A stretch of 64,000 nt of DNA from an uncultured Candidatus Binatia bacterium. GTDB taxonomy: Bacteria > Desulfobacterota > Binatia > UBA9968 > JAJDTQ01. The position numbers were made by a program, and so were the translations under genes. Below the pieces are notes generated by a model that was not told the origin of the DNA, did not search any database, and worked only from the letters and a program-made list of their open reading frames with translations. The stretch lies in the NCBI GenBank assembly GCA_965215605.1, contig OZ244070.1, positions 480,001-544,000 of the forward strand, read 5' to 3'. The number at the start of each line of letters is the position of its first letter. Positions within the stretch are counted from its first letter, which is position 1. Of the stretch, positions 1 through 8,478 are shown piece after piece.

Positions 1-554
1 GCGGCTTTCAGACCCTGTTCATCGCCGCGCACCTGCCCGCTCTGCTGGTGGACAACGGCCTCTCCCCCGCCCTGGGCGCAACCGCCATCTCGCTCCTTGG
101 GCTGTTCAACGTCGCCGGCTGTCTGGGCGCCGGGGTCCTGGGCAACCGCTACAGCAAGAAGAATCTGCTGAGCCTCATCTACTTCCTGCGCGCCGTGGTG
201 ATGTCCGGCTTCTACCTGCTGCCCATGACCAACGTGACCGTCGTGGTGTTCTCGTCGCTCATGGGCCTGCTGTTCCTGAGCACCATCCCCCTCACCAGCG
301 GCATCGTCGCGCAGGTCTTCGGCACCCGTTACATGGCCATGCTCTACGGCATCGTGTTCCTGGACCACCAGATCGGCAGCTTCATCGGCATCTGGCTCGG
401 CGGCGTGCTGTTCGACTACACCGGGTCCTATGACATCATCTGGTGGACCGGCGCCGGCCTCGGCGTGGTGGCGGCGATACTCCATTGGCCCATCGACGAA
501 CGGGCCCTCCCCAGGACGGTCGCGGCCGCGCCGGCCGGGGCCTCGTCCCCGTAG
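1..554 (+). CDS. MFS transporter, C-terminal part (5' truncated by window edge)
   Basis: Multiple hydrophobic helices; C-terminal MFS-like pattern (YGIVFLDHQIGSFIGIWLGGVLFDYTGSY). Frame is open from the window start. Confidence 0.8.
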   Translation, partial: GFQTLFIAAHLPALLVDNGLSPALGATAISLLGLFNVAGCLGAGVLGNRYSKKNLLSLIYFLRAVVMSGFYLLPMTNVTVVVFSSLMGLLFLSTIPLTSGIVAQVFGTRYMAMLYGIVFLDHQIGSFIGIWLGGVLFDYTGSYDIIWWTGAGLGVVAAILHWPIDERALPRTVAAAPAGASSP

Positions 555-595
555 CCACGCACGCCCCGCGGCAATCATCGAAAGGATTGGAAATC

Positions 596-1639
596 GTGGC
601 GCTACTGATTCGAGCGGAAGACGCAGCCGACATCATCACCATGGAAGAAGCCATCGACGCGGTGGAGGCGGGGTTCCGGGAACTCGGCGACAACGCGGAG
701 CTCAATGCCCCGCGCCGCCGGGTCATGACCCGGGAGGGGGCACGGGTCAGCGTGCATCCGGGCGGGGTGCCCAGCCTGGGCGGCATCGGCGTGCTCGCCC
801 ACTCGGAGTTCGTGACCACTTCCAGGGAGAACCAGACCTACGACCACGCGGGGCGCCCGTGCGTGGTGCTGTTCGATACCAGGGACTCTTCCCTCAAAGG
901 GGTGCTGGTGGGCCGCTTCGGGGTAGCGGGCGTACCCGCCACCCGCGCCACGCAACTCCGCACCTCCGCCACCAGCGCGGTGGGCACCCGCCACCTGGCG
1001 CGGGAAGACGCCGCCGTCCTGGCCCTCTTGGGCGCCGGCGCCGAGGCCCAGTACCACCTGCTGGCCTTCGCCGCCATCCGTCCCTTCAAGCAGGTGAGAC
1101 TCTTCTGCCGCACCCCCGAGACCCGCGTCGCCTTCCGCGAAGAGATGCAGCCGCTGGTGCCCTGCGAAATCGTCCCGGTCGACAGCGCGCGGGAAGCGAT
1201 CCAGGGCGCCGACGTGGTCCTCACCGCCACCAACTCCAACGTCCCGGTGTTCGACGGCTCCTGGCTGGAGCCTGGCGTCCACGTCACATCCATCGTCGGC
1301 GGCAACGTCGGCCTCATGAACGCCGGCCTCATCAAGCAAAGGCGCCGCGAGATCGACGACGCCACCGTGCAGCGCGCCGACGTCATCGTCGCCAACTCCC
1401 GCGAGCAGGCCGTGCAGGACCAGCAGGGGGACTTCTACGAACCCGTGGAGAAAGGCATCCTCCGTTGGGATCAGGTCGGCGACCTGAGCGACCTCCTCAC
1501 CGGCCGCATCCCCGGCCGCACCGCGCCGGAGCAGATCACCCTGTTCAAGAACAACGCGGGACAAGGGGTGGCGGATATTGCCATCGCCAGCCGGATTTTC
1601 GAGCTGGCCAGCGCAAGAGAGATCGGCATCGAGTTCTGA
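596..1639 (+). CDS. Ornithine cyclodeaminase / mu-crystallin family protein
   Basis: LRTSATSAVG, Rossmann LGAGAEA, ADVVLTATNS, ITLFKNNAGQG. Likely GTG start at 596 inside ORF 443..1639. Confidence 0.85.
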   Translation: MALLIRAEDAADIITMEEAIDAVEAGFRELGDNAELNAPRRRVMTREGARVSVHPGGVPSLGGIGVLAHSEFVTTSRENQTYDHAGRPCVVLFDTRDSSLKGVLVGRFGVAGVPATRATQLRTSATSAVGTRHLAREDAAVLALLGAGAEAQYHLLAFAAIRPFKQVRLFCRTPETRVAFREEMQPLVPCEIVPVDSAREAIQGADVVLTATNSNVPVFDGSWLEPGVHVTSIVGGNVGLMNAGLIKQRRREIDDATVQRADVIVANSREQAVQDQQGDFYEPVEKGILRWDQVGDLSDLLTGRIPGRTAPEQITLFKNNAGQGVADIAIASRIFELASAREIGIEF

Positions 1640-1705
1640 GCACCTTCCCCGTCTCAGCCCCGTTTCTACTTCGATTGGCAGCGCGGTGACCGTAGCCGCT
1701 GCCTG

Positions 1706-1740
1706 AACGGCCGAAATGGCAAATCGGCCCGTTTTCTGTT
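1706..1740 (+). terminator. Possible intrinsic terminator at the left edge of the RiPP cluster
   Basis: GGCCGA(1709-1714)/TCGGCC(1724-1729) stem followed by CGTTTTCTGTT. Confidence 0.35.
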
Positions 1741-1808
1741 AGCTTCGGGGCCTAATTGATCCGTTAGCCGCGTTCGGCGATCGGCAGGAAGTGGAGAACT
1801 CTCTCCGC

Positions 1809-2699
1809 ATGTTCAGAAATCCGTTCCTCGAAGAAGTCACTGTCAACAAGGACAAGCGCCAACAGCTCGACCACCTTCTGCGGGTGACGGCGCCCCACGA
1901 ACGCGTCATCCTCGGGGGGATCGGGCTGGTGGTGTTGGCGCTTGCGGCGTGGGCGCTGTTCGGCAGCGTCGTGCGCGCGGTGACCGTCGACGGCGTCTTG
2001 ATCGAGCCCGGCGCGCGGCACGACATCATCTCGACCGAGCCGGGATACCTGGCCGAATATCTCGTGGCTCCCGGAGACCGCGTCGAGGCCGGCGCGCCGA
2101 TCGCGCGACAGAGCGTGCCGGAGCTCGACCGTGAGACGGCGGCCCTTCGCGACCGGGTGGAACTGCTGGAACAGGGAACCCGGCAGGCCGGCGGAGACGG
2201 CGGCCCCTTGCGCACATTGCTGGCATCGGCCCGGGTGGCGTTGCTTCAGATGGAGGCGCAACGCTCGGCAAGGGAGTATGTCGTCAGTCAGATCGCCGGG
2301 CGGATCACCGCGCTGCGAGCCTCTCCCGGTGACTACCTGCCGGCGGGCGCGGCCGTGGCCCAGCTACGGGACGCGGGGGACCAGCCCCTCCAGGCGGTTC
2401 TACGCATTGCCTCACGCATGGCACAACGCATCCGGCCGGGCATGGAGGCCTCGGTCGACGTGGTGATGCCGGACGGCACGACGCGCCGGTGGGACGGGAG
2501 GGTGGCTTCCGTCACACCCGGCCCGCTGCCTCGCTGGCTGGCCCTGCTGCCGCCCGCGGCTCCGGACTCCTCGCATCGCGTCGACGTGGTCCTGACCCGG
2601 ACGTCGGAGTTGCCGTTGCCGGACGGCACCCCGTGCCGGGTGCGTATCGTCATAGGCCGCCACTCTCCGGCGGCGCTCTTCGACCTGGAAAGGTCCTGA
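1809..2699 (+). CDS. NHLP bacteriocin system secretion protein (HlyD-family membrane fusion protein)
   Basis: N-terminal QLDHLLRVT plus one TM helix, lipoyl-like halves (VAPGDRVEAGAPIA / ASPGDYLPAGAAVA); abuts the C39 ABC transporter. ATG 1809 preferred over GTG 1791. Confidence 0.8.
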   Translation: MFRNPFLEEVTVNKDKRQQLDHLLRVTAPHERVILGGIGLVVLALAAWALFGSVVRAVTVDGVLIEPGARHDIISTEPGYLAEYLVAPGDRVEAGAPIARQSVPELDRETAALRDRVELLEQGTRQAGGDGGPLRTLLASARVALLQMEAQRSAREYVVSQIAGRITALRASPGDYLPAGAAVAQLRDAGDQPLQAVLRIASRMAQRIRPGMEASVDVVMPDGTTRRWDGRVASVTPGPLPRWLALLPPAAPDSSHRVDVVLTRTSELPLPDGTPCRVRIVIGRHSPAALFDLERS

Positions 2700-4922
2700 A
2701 TGGCAGCCCCGGGCGGGAAAGAGTCGGCGGGTTCCGGGAGCAAGCCCGGTAACGAACCTGGGAAGGGGCGCATAACCACCCCGCTGCTGATGCAGACCCA
2801 CGCCACCGAATGCGGCGCGGCATGCCTCGGCAGCGTGCTGGCTTACTTCGGCCGTTGGGTTACTTTCACCGAGCTGCGCGGCAGGTGCGAGGTCAGCCGG
2901 GACGGCTCCACCGCCGCCGGCATCATGCGGGCCGCCCGGCACTATGGACTCGAGTGCACCGGCCGCAGCGCGCCGGCGCAGCAACTCAAGAAGCTGCCGC
3001 TCCCGCTGATCCTGTTCTGGGAGTACAACCACTTCCTCATTCTCGAAGGCTTCGACAGCGAGCGGGTCTACCTCAACGACCCGGCCACGGGCCGGCGCGT
3101 GCTCTCCGCCGAGGAATTCGCCGCAAGCTATTCGGGCGTCGCCCTGCAATTCAATGCCGGGCCGGACTTCCAGCCCGGCGGCACCCGGGCCAACCTCCTG
3201 CAAAGACTCCCCGCATGGCTGCACGACACACGGGGGGCGCTGGCCTATGCCGTGGCATGCGGCCTCTTGCTGGCCGTGCTGGCCCTGGTCACCCCGGCGG
3301 TCCTGGGCATATTCGTGGATCGGGTGCTCGGAGAGAACGAAGCCTGGGGGGGCCTGATGGCGGGAGCGTTGACCGCCGCGGCGGCCCTGGTCTATGGGCT
3401 TGCCTGGCTCAAGCAGCGGTGGCTTCAGCGCCTTTCCGTGCGCATCTCGGTGATCGCCGGCAATCGTTGCCTGTCGCGCCTGCTCCGGCTGCCGGTGGAG
3501 TACTTCAGCCACCGCATGGTGGGTGAGCTCACCGTCCGGCTCCTTTCCATCGACAGGATCGCCAAGAACCTGTCGGAACACTTTCTCGGGGTGCTCATCG
3601 AGATCGCCATGAGCGTGCTCTTCCTGGCCTTCATGCTGGCCTACGACGCCATGCTGGCATCCATCGTCCTGGGGCTGGCGGTGTTGAACGGGATCCTCGT
3701 ACGCGTGATCACTCGCCTCCGCACGGACCAAAGCCATGCCTTGCGGCGCGAGCAGGGATTGCTGATCGGCGTGGGCACGCTGATGTTGAACCAGGCAGAC
3801 CATTTGCGGATGACGGCGGAGGACGACGGGTTCTTTGCCCGCTGGAGCGGCCATCAGGCGCGTGAGCTGGGAGCGCGCCAGCGGTTCTCGGAGTTGAGCC
3901 ACGTCAACGCGGCCATGCCGGGACTGTTCATGATCCTGGGCCACGTGGCCGTGTTGACCATCGGCGCCGGCCAGGTCATCGCCGGCGATCTGACCCTGGG
4001 CGCGCTGGTGGCGTTCTACATCGTGGCGGGCATGTTCCTGGAGCCCGTGGGCCGCTTCGTCGAGTTTGCCGACCAGCGGCAGGCCCTCGAGACCGACATG
4101 CAGCGCCTGGACGACATCACCCAAACCCCCGAAGATCCGGGCTTGACCCGTGACGCCGCTGTTTCGGAGACCATCGCGACGTTCAACGGGCGGCTGCGCC
4201 TGGCGGGCCAGGTGGAGCTGCGCAACGTCACCTTCGGCTACAACCGCGGCCGTCCGCCGTTGATCAAGGACTTCAGCCTGACCATTCAGCCGGGACAGCG
4301 GGTGGCCGTGGTCGGTCCCAGCGGCTCCGGCAAATCGACGCTGTCGCGGCTGGTATCCGGCATCTATCAGCCCTGGTCGGGCGAGATCCTGTACGACGGC
4401 CGTCCGCGAAACGAGATCCCCCGCGAGGTCCTGTCGCGCTCCTTGTCGATGGTGGACCAGGACGTCGTCCTCTTTTCCGCCACCGTGCGCGAGAACGTCA
4501 CCCTGTGGAACCCCACCGTCCCGGACGAGGATATGGTGGCCGCGGCCCGGGACGCCTGCATCCATGACGAGATCCTCAACCGGCCGCTGGGCTACGGCAC
4601 TCCCGTCGAAGAAGACGGGAGCAACTTCAGCGGCGGCCAGCGACAGCGGCTGGAAATCGCCCGGGCGCTCGTGGGCAACCCCACGGTGCTGATCCTCGAC
4701 GAGGCCACCAGCGCTCTCGACGCCGCCACCGAAGAGAGCGTCGACGACGCGCTGCGGCGCCGGGGTTGCAGTTGCCTGATCGTCGCACACCGGCTGAGCA
4801 CGGTGCGGGACTGCGATCAGATCATCGTCCTCGAGAAGGGCGTGGAAGTGCAGCGCGGCACCCACGACGAGCTCATGGCTGACGAAACCGGACTGTACTA
4901 CCGGCTCGTCCGCGCGGGATAA
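2700..4922 (+). CDS. NHLP-family ABC transporter with N-terminal C39 peptidase (leader-cleaving exporter)
   Basis: C39 motifs QTHATECGAACL and WEYNHF; TM domain; Walker A GPSGSGKS, signature FSGGQRQR, Walker B ILDEATSALD. Confidence 0.92.
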   Translation: MAAPGGKESAGSGSKPGNEPGKGRITTPLLMQTHATECGAACLGSVLAYFGRWVTFTELRGRCEVSRDGSTAAGIMRAARHYGLECTGRSAPAQQLKKLPLPLILFWEYNHFLILEGFDSERVYLNDPATGRRVLSAEEFAASYSGVALQFNAGPDFQPGGTRANLLQRLPAWLHDTRGALAYAVACGLLLAVLALVTPAVLGIFVDRVLGENEAWGGLMAGALTAAAALVYGLAWLKQRWLQRLSVRISVIAGNRCLSRLLRLPVEYFSHRMVGELTVRLLSIDRIAKNLSEHFLGVLIEIAMSVLFLAFMLAYDAMLASIVLGLAVLNGILVRVITRLRTDQSHALRREQGLLIGVGTLMLNQADHLRMTAEDDGFFARWSGHQARELGARQRFSELSHVNAAMPGLFMILGHVAVLTIGAGQVIAGDLTLGALVAFYIVAGMFLEPVGRFVEFADQRQALETDMQRLDDITQTPEDPGLTRDAAVSETIATFNGRLRLAGQVELRNVTFGYNRGRPPLIKDFSLTIQPGQRVAVVGPSGSGKSTLSRLVSGIYQPWSGEILYDGRPRNEIPREVLSRSLSMVDQDVVLFSATVRENVTLWNPTVPDEDMVAAARDACIHDEILNRPLGYGTPVEEDGSNFSGGQRQRLEIARALVGNPTVLILDEATSALDAATEESVDDALRRRGCSCLIVAHRLSTVRDCDQIIVLEKGVEVQRGTHDELMADETGLYYRLVRAG

Positions 4923-4926
4923 CCCG

Positions 4927-7848
4927 ATGGAGACCTCGCAGTTTCACCCCCTGGCAGACCTGGCGGCCGAGTCGGGAACGGCCGTCCCCTGCGCCGGCAA
5001 CCTTCCGCTGGACATGGACGATCCCCGGTTCGTCTGGTTCATCGAGACGGGGGCGGTCGACCTTTTTCTGGTGGAACGCCGGGACGGGGTGGAGCAGTCC
5101 GCGCCACAGCACCTGTTGCGCGCCGATGCCGGGCGGTTGCTGCCCGGTGTGACCCCCGAGGCGGCGGACACCACCCTCGGCCTGATGGCGAAGGGGTTGC
5201 CGAATACGATTCTGCGGCGCCTCCCGATCACCAGCCTGGCGGCCATCCGCAGCACAGAGCTGGCGGCGCACGTCGACGCATGGCTCACGGACGTTTCCGC
5301 CATCCTGTCGCGGGACGTTCCGCACCTGCCCCGACCTGACGGGCTGGTGGAATCCGGACAGGCTCCGCAGGTCCTGAAGGGTACGCTTTCGTCGCGCCGG
5401 GGCGTGGCATGGGTATCGACCCCGCCGGACTCCGGGCTGTTCATGGACTTGATCGACCCGGCGGAGCGCGATGCGGAAGACCGCGCCGGGGCGGCCAGGA
5501 TACCCCTCACGCCGGCGAGTTGGCTCACGCTGACCGGGGAGCTGGAGCTTTACGCCCAATCCTCGGAAGCCCTGGCCGAAGAGGGCCTGCTGCTGCCGGC
5601 CCTGGCGAGGTTTCACGCCGTGGCGTTCTCGCTGGAACGACTCAACCGCGGTCTGGCGGTGGTGGATCAGGCGAATCTGGAGCGGGCACGGGCCGCCAAC
5701 CGCCGCACCGACGAGGAAGGCGCCCGCCGCCGGCTGTTCAACCTCTACGGCCTGCAGGAACCGGACGGCGCGGCGGCGGGCGATTCGGTGCTGCTCGAAG
5801 CCCTGCGGGCCGTCGGCGCCCACGAGGGAATCGACTTCAAATGGCCCGAACGGAACGAGGCCGCCGGGTCCGACGCCGTCATGCGCAAGGTCCTGGAAAC
5901 GTCGGGAGTACGTGGACGGCGGGTGCGGCTCGCCTCGCAGGACCGCTGGTGGGTTGGTGACAGCGGCGCCATGCTCGCTTTCCGCGCCGACGACGACCGG
6001 CCGGTGGCGTTGTTGCCGGGCGTGCTGGGGCCCTATCTCGAAGTGGATCCCGTCGACCGCCGCAGGACCCGGGTCACGCCTGAACGCGCGGCATCGCTCC
6101 GCGCCGACGCGTGGGCATTTCAGCAACCACTCGGGTCAGGCCAAGCCGGCCTGCGGGACCTCTTGCGCCTCGCCGTCAAGGGGTTGCCCCGCGACTTCGT
6201 GCGCTTCCTGCTGGCCGGGCTTCTGAGCGGCCTCGTCATGCTGCTGCCTGCCATCGTGGTGGGCATCATTGTCGACGAGGTGATTCCCGCCGGCGAGGCC
6301 GGCCTGTTGTATCTGGCCGGCGCGGCACTGGGAGCGTTCGCCCTGATCCGGGCGTTGCTGCACATTCTCCAGGGAATGGCGCTGATGCGCCTGGAAGGCC
6401 GTGTCGCCTCGCGAGTGGAGGCCGCGTTCTGGGACCGGCTGCTCCGGCTGCCGCCGGGCGTCCTCCATCGTTACCCCGCCGGGGACCTCGCCATACGGGG
6501 GATGACGTTCCAGCGACTCCGTGACGCCGTGCAAGGCGCGGTGGCCGACGGGGTTCTGTCTCTCCTCTTCCTGTCGCCCGCGTTCCTGCTCATATTCTTC
6601 TACGACGCCATGCTGGGCGTCGTGGCAGCCGCCTTCGGCCTCCTGTCACTGCTGGCGACGGTGGGACTCGGCCTGCGCCAGATACCACCGCAAGGCCGGG
6701 TAACCCGGACCGTCCAGGGGCTGGCCGGGCGGCTGTTCCAGCTCGTCAACGGCATTTCCAAGCTCCGCGTGGACGGCGCCGAAGGCTCCGCGTTTGCGGT
6801 CTGGGCGCGGGACTACCGCGAGCAGAAGCATGCGGAGCTGGAGGTGGCTCGGTTCGAAACCCATCTACGGGCGTTCGGTGCGGCCTTGCCTCTGCTGGCG
6901 GCGGCGGTGCTGTTGCTGGCCGCGACCTTGCCGGACGGGCGGACCATCACGGCGGGTGACTTCCTCGTCATCTACACCCTGTTCATGCTGTTCCAGACGG
7001 CGGTGGCCCGCCTGGGCATGTCGTTCAGCACCGTCGCCGCCATCGTGCCCGCCCTGGATCAGGTCCGGCCGTTCCTCGCCCAGGCGCCGGAGACGGGCGC
7101 CGACGGCGAACCGGTCGAGTCGCTGGGGGGCGACATCGCGTTCGACCACGTCTCCTTCCGGTACGGCCCGGACGGCCCGTTGATCCTCGACGACGTCTCC
7201 ATCCGAGCCCGCCCCGGCGAGTTCGTCGCCATCGCCGGCGAGTCGGGCGCGGGCAAGAGCACCCTCTTCCGGCTGGCGCTCGGTCTGGACCAGCCGTCCG
7301 GCGGCGCCCTGTACTACGACGGGCGCGACCTCAAGCACCTCAACCTCAAGCAGGTCCGCCGGCAGATCGGCGCGGTCCCGCAGCAGGTGCAGCTCCACCC
7401 ACAGGACCTCTGGGACAACATCGTCGGCGACGACGAAGAAGCCACCGTGGACGATGCCTGGGAGGCGGCCCGGCTCGCGGCCGTCGACCAGGAGATCGCG
7501 GCGATGCCCATGGGGATGATGACCAACGTGGGCGCAAGCACCAGCGTTACATCCGGGGGCGAGAGCCAACGCATCGTCATCGCCCACGCGCTGCTGCGCA
7601 ACCCGCGCATCCTGCTGCTGGACGAAGCGACCAACTGGCTCGACAACGACAACCAGTCCAGCATCATGGACAACCTCGCGGGCCTCACCTCCACGCGTAT
7701 CGTCATTGCCCACCGGCTTTCCACGCTGCGCCAAGCCGACCGCATCTACGTCATGCGCGCCGGGAAGGTAGTCCAGGAAGGCTCCTTCGCCGAGTTGACA
7801 GCAACCGAGGGCGTCTTCCGGGATCTAGTGCGACGGCAGATCGCGTAA
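4927..7848 (+). CDS. NHLP bacteriocin export ABC transporter, second (peptidase-less) subunit
   Basis: N-terminal cNMP-binding-like segment (VWFIETGAVDLF), TM domain, GESGAGKS, SGGESQR, LLDEAT; typical partner in NHLP cassettes. Confidence 0.88.
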   Translation: METSQFHPLADLAAESGTAVPCAGNLPLDMDDPRFVWFIETGAVDLFLVERRDGVEQSAPQHLLRADAGRLLPGVTPEAADTTLGLMAKGLPNTILRRLPITSLAAIRSTELAAHVDAWLTDVSAILSRDVPHLPRPDGLVESGQAPQVLKGTLSSRRGVAWVSTPPDSGLFMDLIDPAERDAEDRAGAARIPLTPASWLTLTGELELYAQSSEALAEEGLLLPALARFHAVAFSLERLNRGLAVVDQANLERARAANRRTDEEGARRRLFNLYGLQEPDGAAAGDSVLLEALRAVGAHEGIDFKWPERNEAAGSDAVMRKVLETSGVRGRRVRLASQDRWWVGDSGAMLAFRADDDRPVALLPGVLGPYLEVDPVDRRRTRVTPERAASLRADAWAFQQPLGSGQAGLRDLLRLAVKGLPRDFVRFLLAGLLSGLVMLLPAIVVGIIVDEVIPAGEAGLLYLAGAALGAFALIRALLHILQGMALMRLEGRVASRVEAAFWDRLLRLPPGVLHRYPAGDLAIRGMTFQRLRDAVQGAVADGVLSLLFLSPAFLLIFFYDAMLGVVAAAFGLLSLLATVGLGLRQIPPQGRVTRTVQGLAGRLFQLVNGISKLRVDGAEGSAFAVWARDYREQKHAELEVARFETHLRAFGAALPLLAAAVLLLAATLPDGRTITAGDFLVIYTLFMLFQTAVARLGMSFSTVAAIVPALDQVRPFLAQAPETGADGEPVESLGGDIAFDHVSFRYGPDGPLILDDVSIRARPGEFVAIAGESGAGKSTLFRLALGLDQPSGGALYYDGRDLKHLNLKQVRRQIGAVPQQVQLHPQDLWDNIVGDDEEATVDDAWEAARLAAVDQEIAAMPMGMMTNVGASTSVTSGGESQRIVIAHALLRNPRILLLDEATNWLDNDNQSSIMDNLAGLTSTRIVIAHRLSTLRQADRIYVMRAGKVVQEGSFAELTATEGVFRDLVRRQIA

Positions 7849-7934
7849 GCCGAACGTAGAGATTTCACGAATCGCCAAAAATATCGCCGAACCAAAGCAT
7901 ATCAAAAAATGCCTAAATCATCTCCAAAATAAGA

Positions 7935-7963
7935 TTGCACTGTGAGAGCAACAAGGGTATAAT
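7935..7963 (+). promoter_or_regulatory. Sigma-70 promoter of the precursor gene
   Basis: TTGCAC(7935-7940)-17 bp-TATAAT(7958-7963) in an AT-rich spacer; SD AAGGAGGT at 7988-7995. Confidence 0.75.
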
Positions 7964-8000
7964 CTTTTAGTTACGATCGGTAAAAACAAGGAGGTGACAT

Positions 8001-8264
8001 ATGCAGGCGTTTCAATCGGCAGAGGATATGCGCCGTCAGTTGACGGAGAAGGCGACGGAAGATCCCGCATTCCGGGCACAGCTCGTGGCGGATCCCAAGA
8101 GCGTCCTCTACCAGGAGTTCGGCGTGTCGGTTCCCGACAATATCGACATCCAGGTGCATGAGAGCGACATGCGCACCGTGCACCTGGCATTGCCGCCTAG
8201 CCCCGTGCTGGACGAGGAACAGCTCCAGGCGGTTTCCGCCGGTCTTTGCTGCTGCGGGATCTAG
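8001..8264 (+). CDS. NHLP (nitrile hydratase-like leader) RiPP precursor; predicted core LCCCGI
   Basis: Leader motifs KATEDPAFRAQLVADPK, HLALPP and LDEEQLQAVSAG (double-glycine-type site) followed by LCCCGI; strong RBS. Confidence 0.92.
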   Translation: MQAFQSAEDMRRQLTEKATEDPAFRAQLVADPKSVLYQEFGVSVPDNIDIQVHESDMRTVHLALPPSPVLDEEQLQAVSAGLCCCGI

Positions 8265-8273
8265 ACCAGGTTC

Positions 8274-8362
8274 ACCGCTCCCGGCAAGGGCTTGGAGCGG
8301 TCCGACGATAAAAGGGGACCCGCGGGCGCGACACCTCATCGCGTCAGCGGTCCCCGTTTCTT
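8274..8362 (+). terminator. Tandem stem-loops / terminator after the precursor
   Basis: ACCGCTCC(8274-8281)/GGAGCGGT(8294-8301); GGGGACC(8314-8320)...GGTCCCC(8349-8355) followed by GTTTCTT. Confidence 0.55.
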
Positions 8363-8478
8363 GACCGAGCCTCCATGGCACCATAACGCTTCCTGTTGGA
8401 TCGGGCGGAGATGGCGCATCCTCGGGATGAATGTCCGCTTGACACCTTCGAATCTCTCAACCAGGCCCAGCCCTCGCA

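Noticed and set aside
2412-4865. Long antisense or alternate-frame ORFs (also 8344..10821, 14624..16699, 26505..29135, 58721..60952)
   Set aside because: Shadow ORFs expected in high-GC coding DNA; they overlap well-supported genes and have no motifs.
8376-8391. TGGCAC...GC sigma-54-like site upstream of the MMPL gene
   Set aside because: GG-to-GC spacing is 9 nt rather than the required 10.
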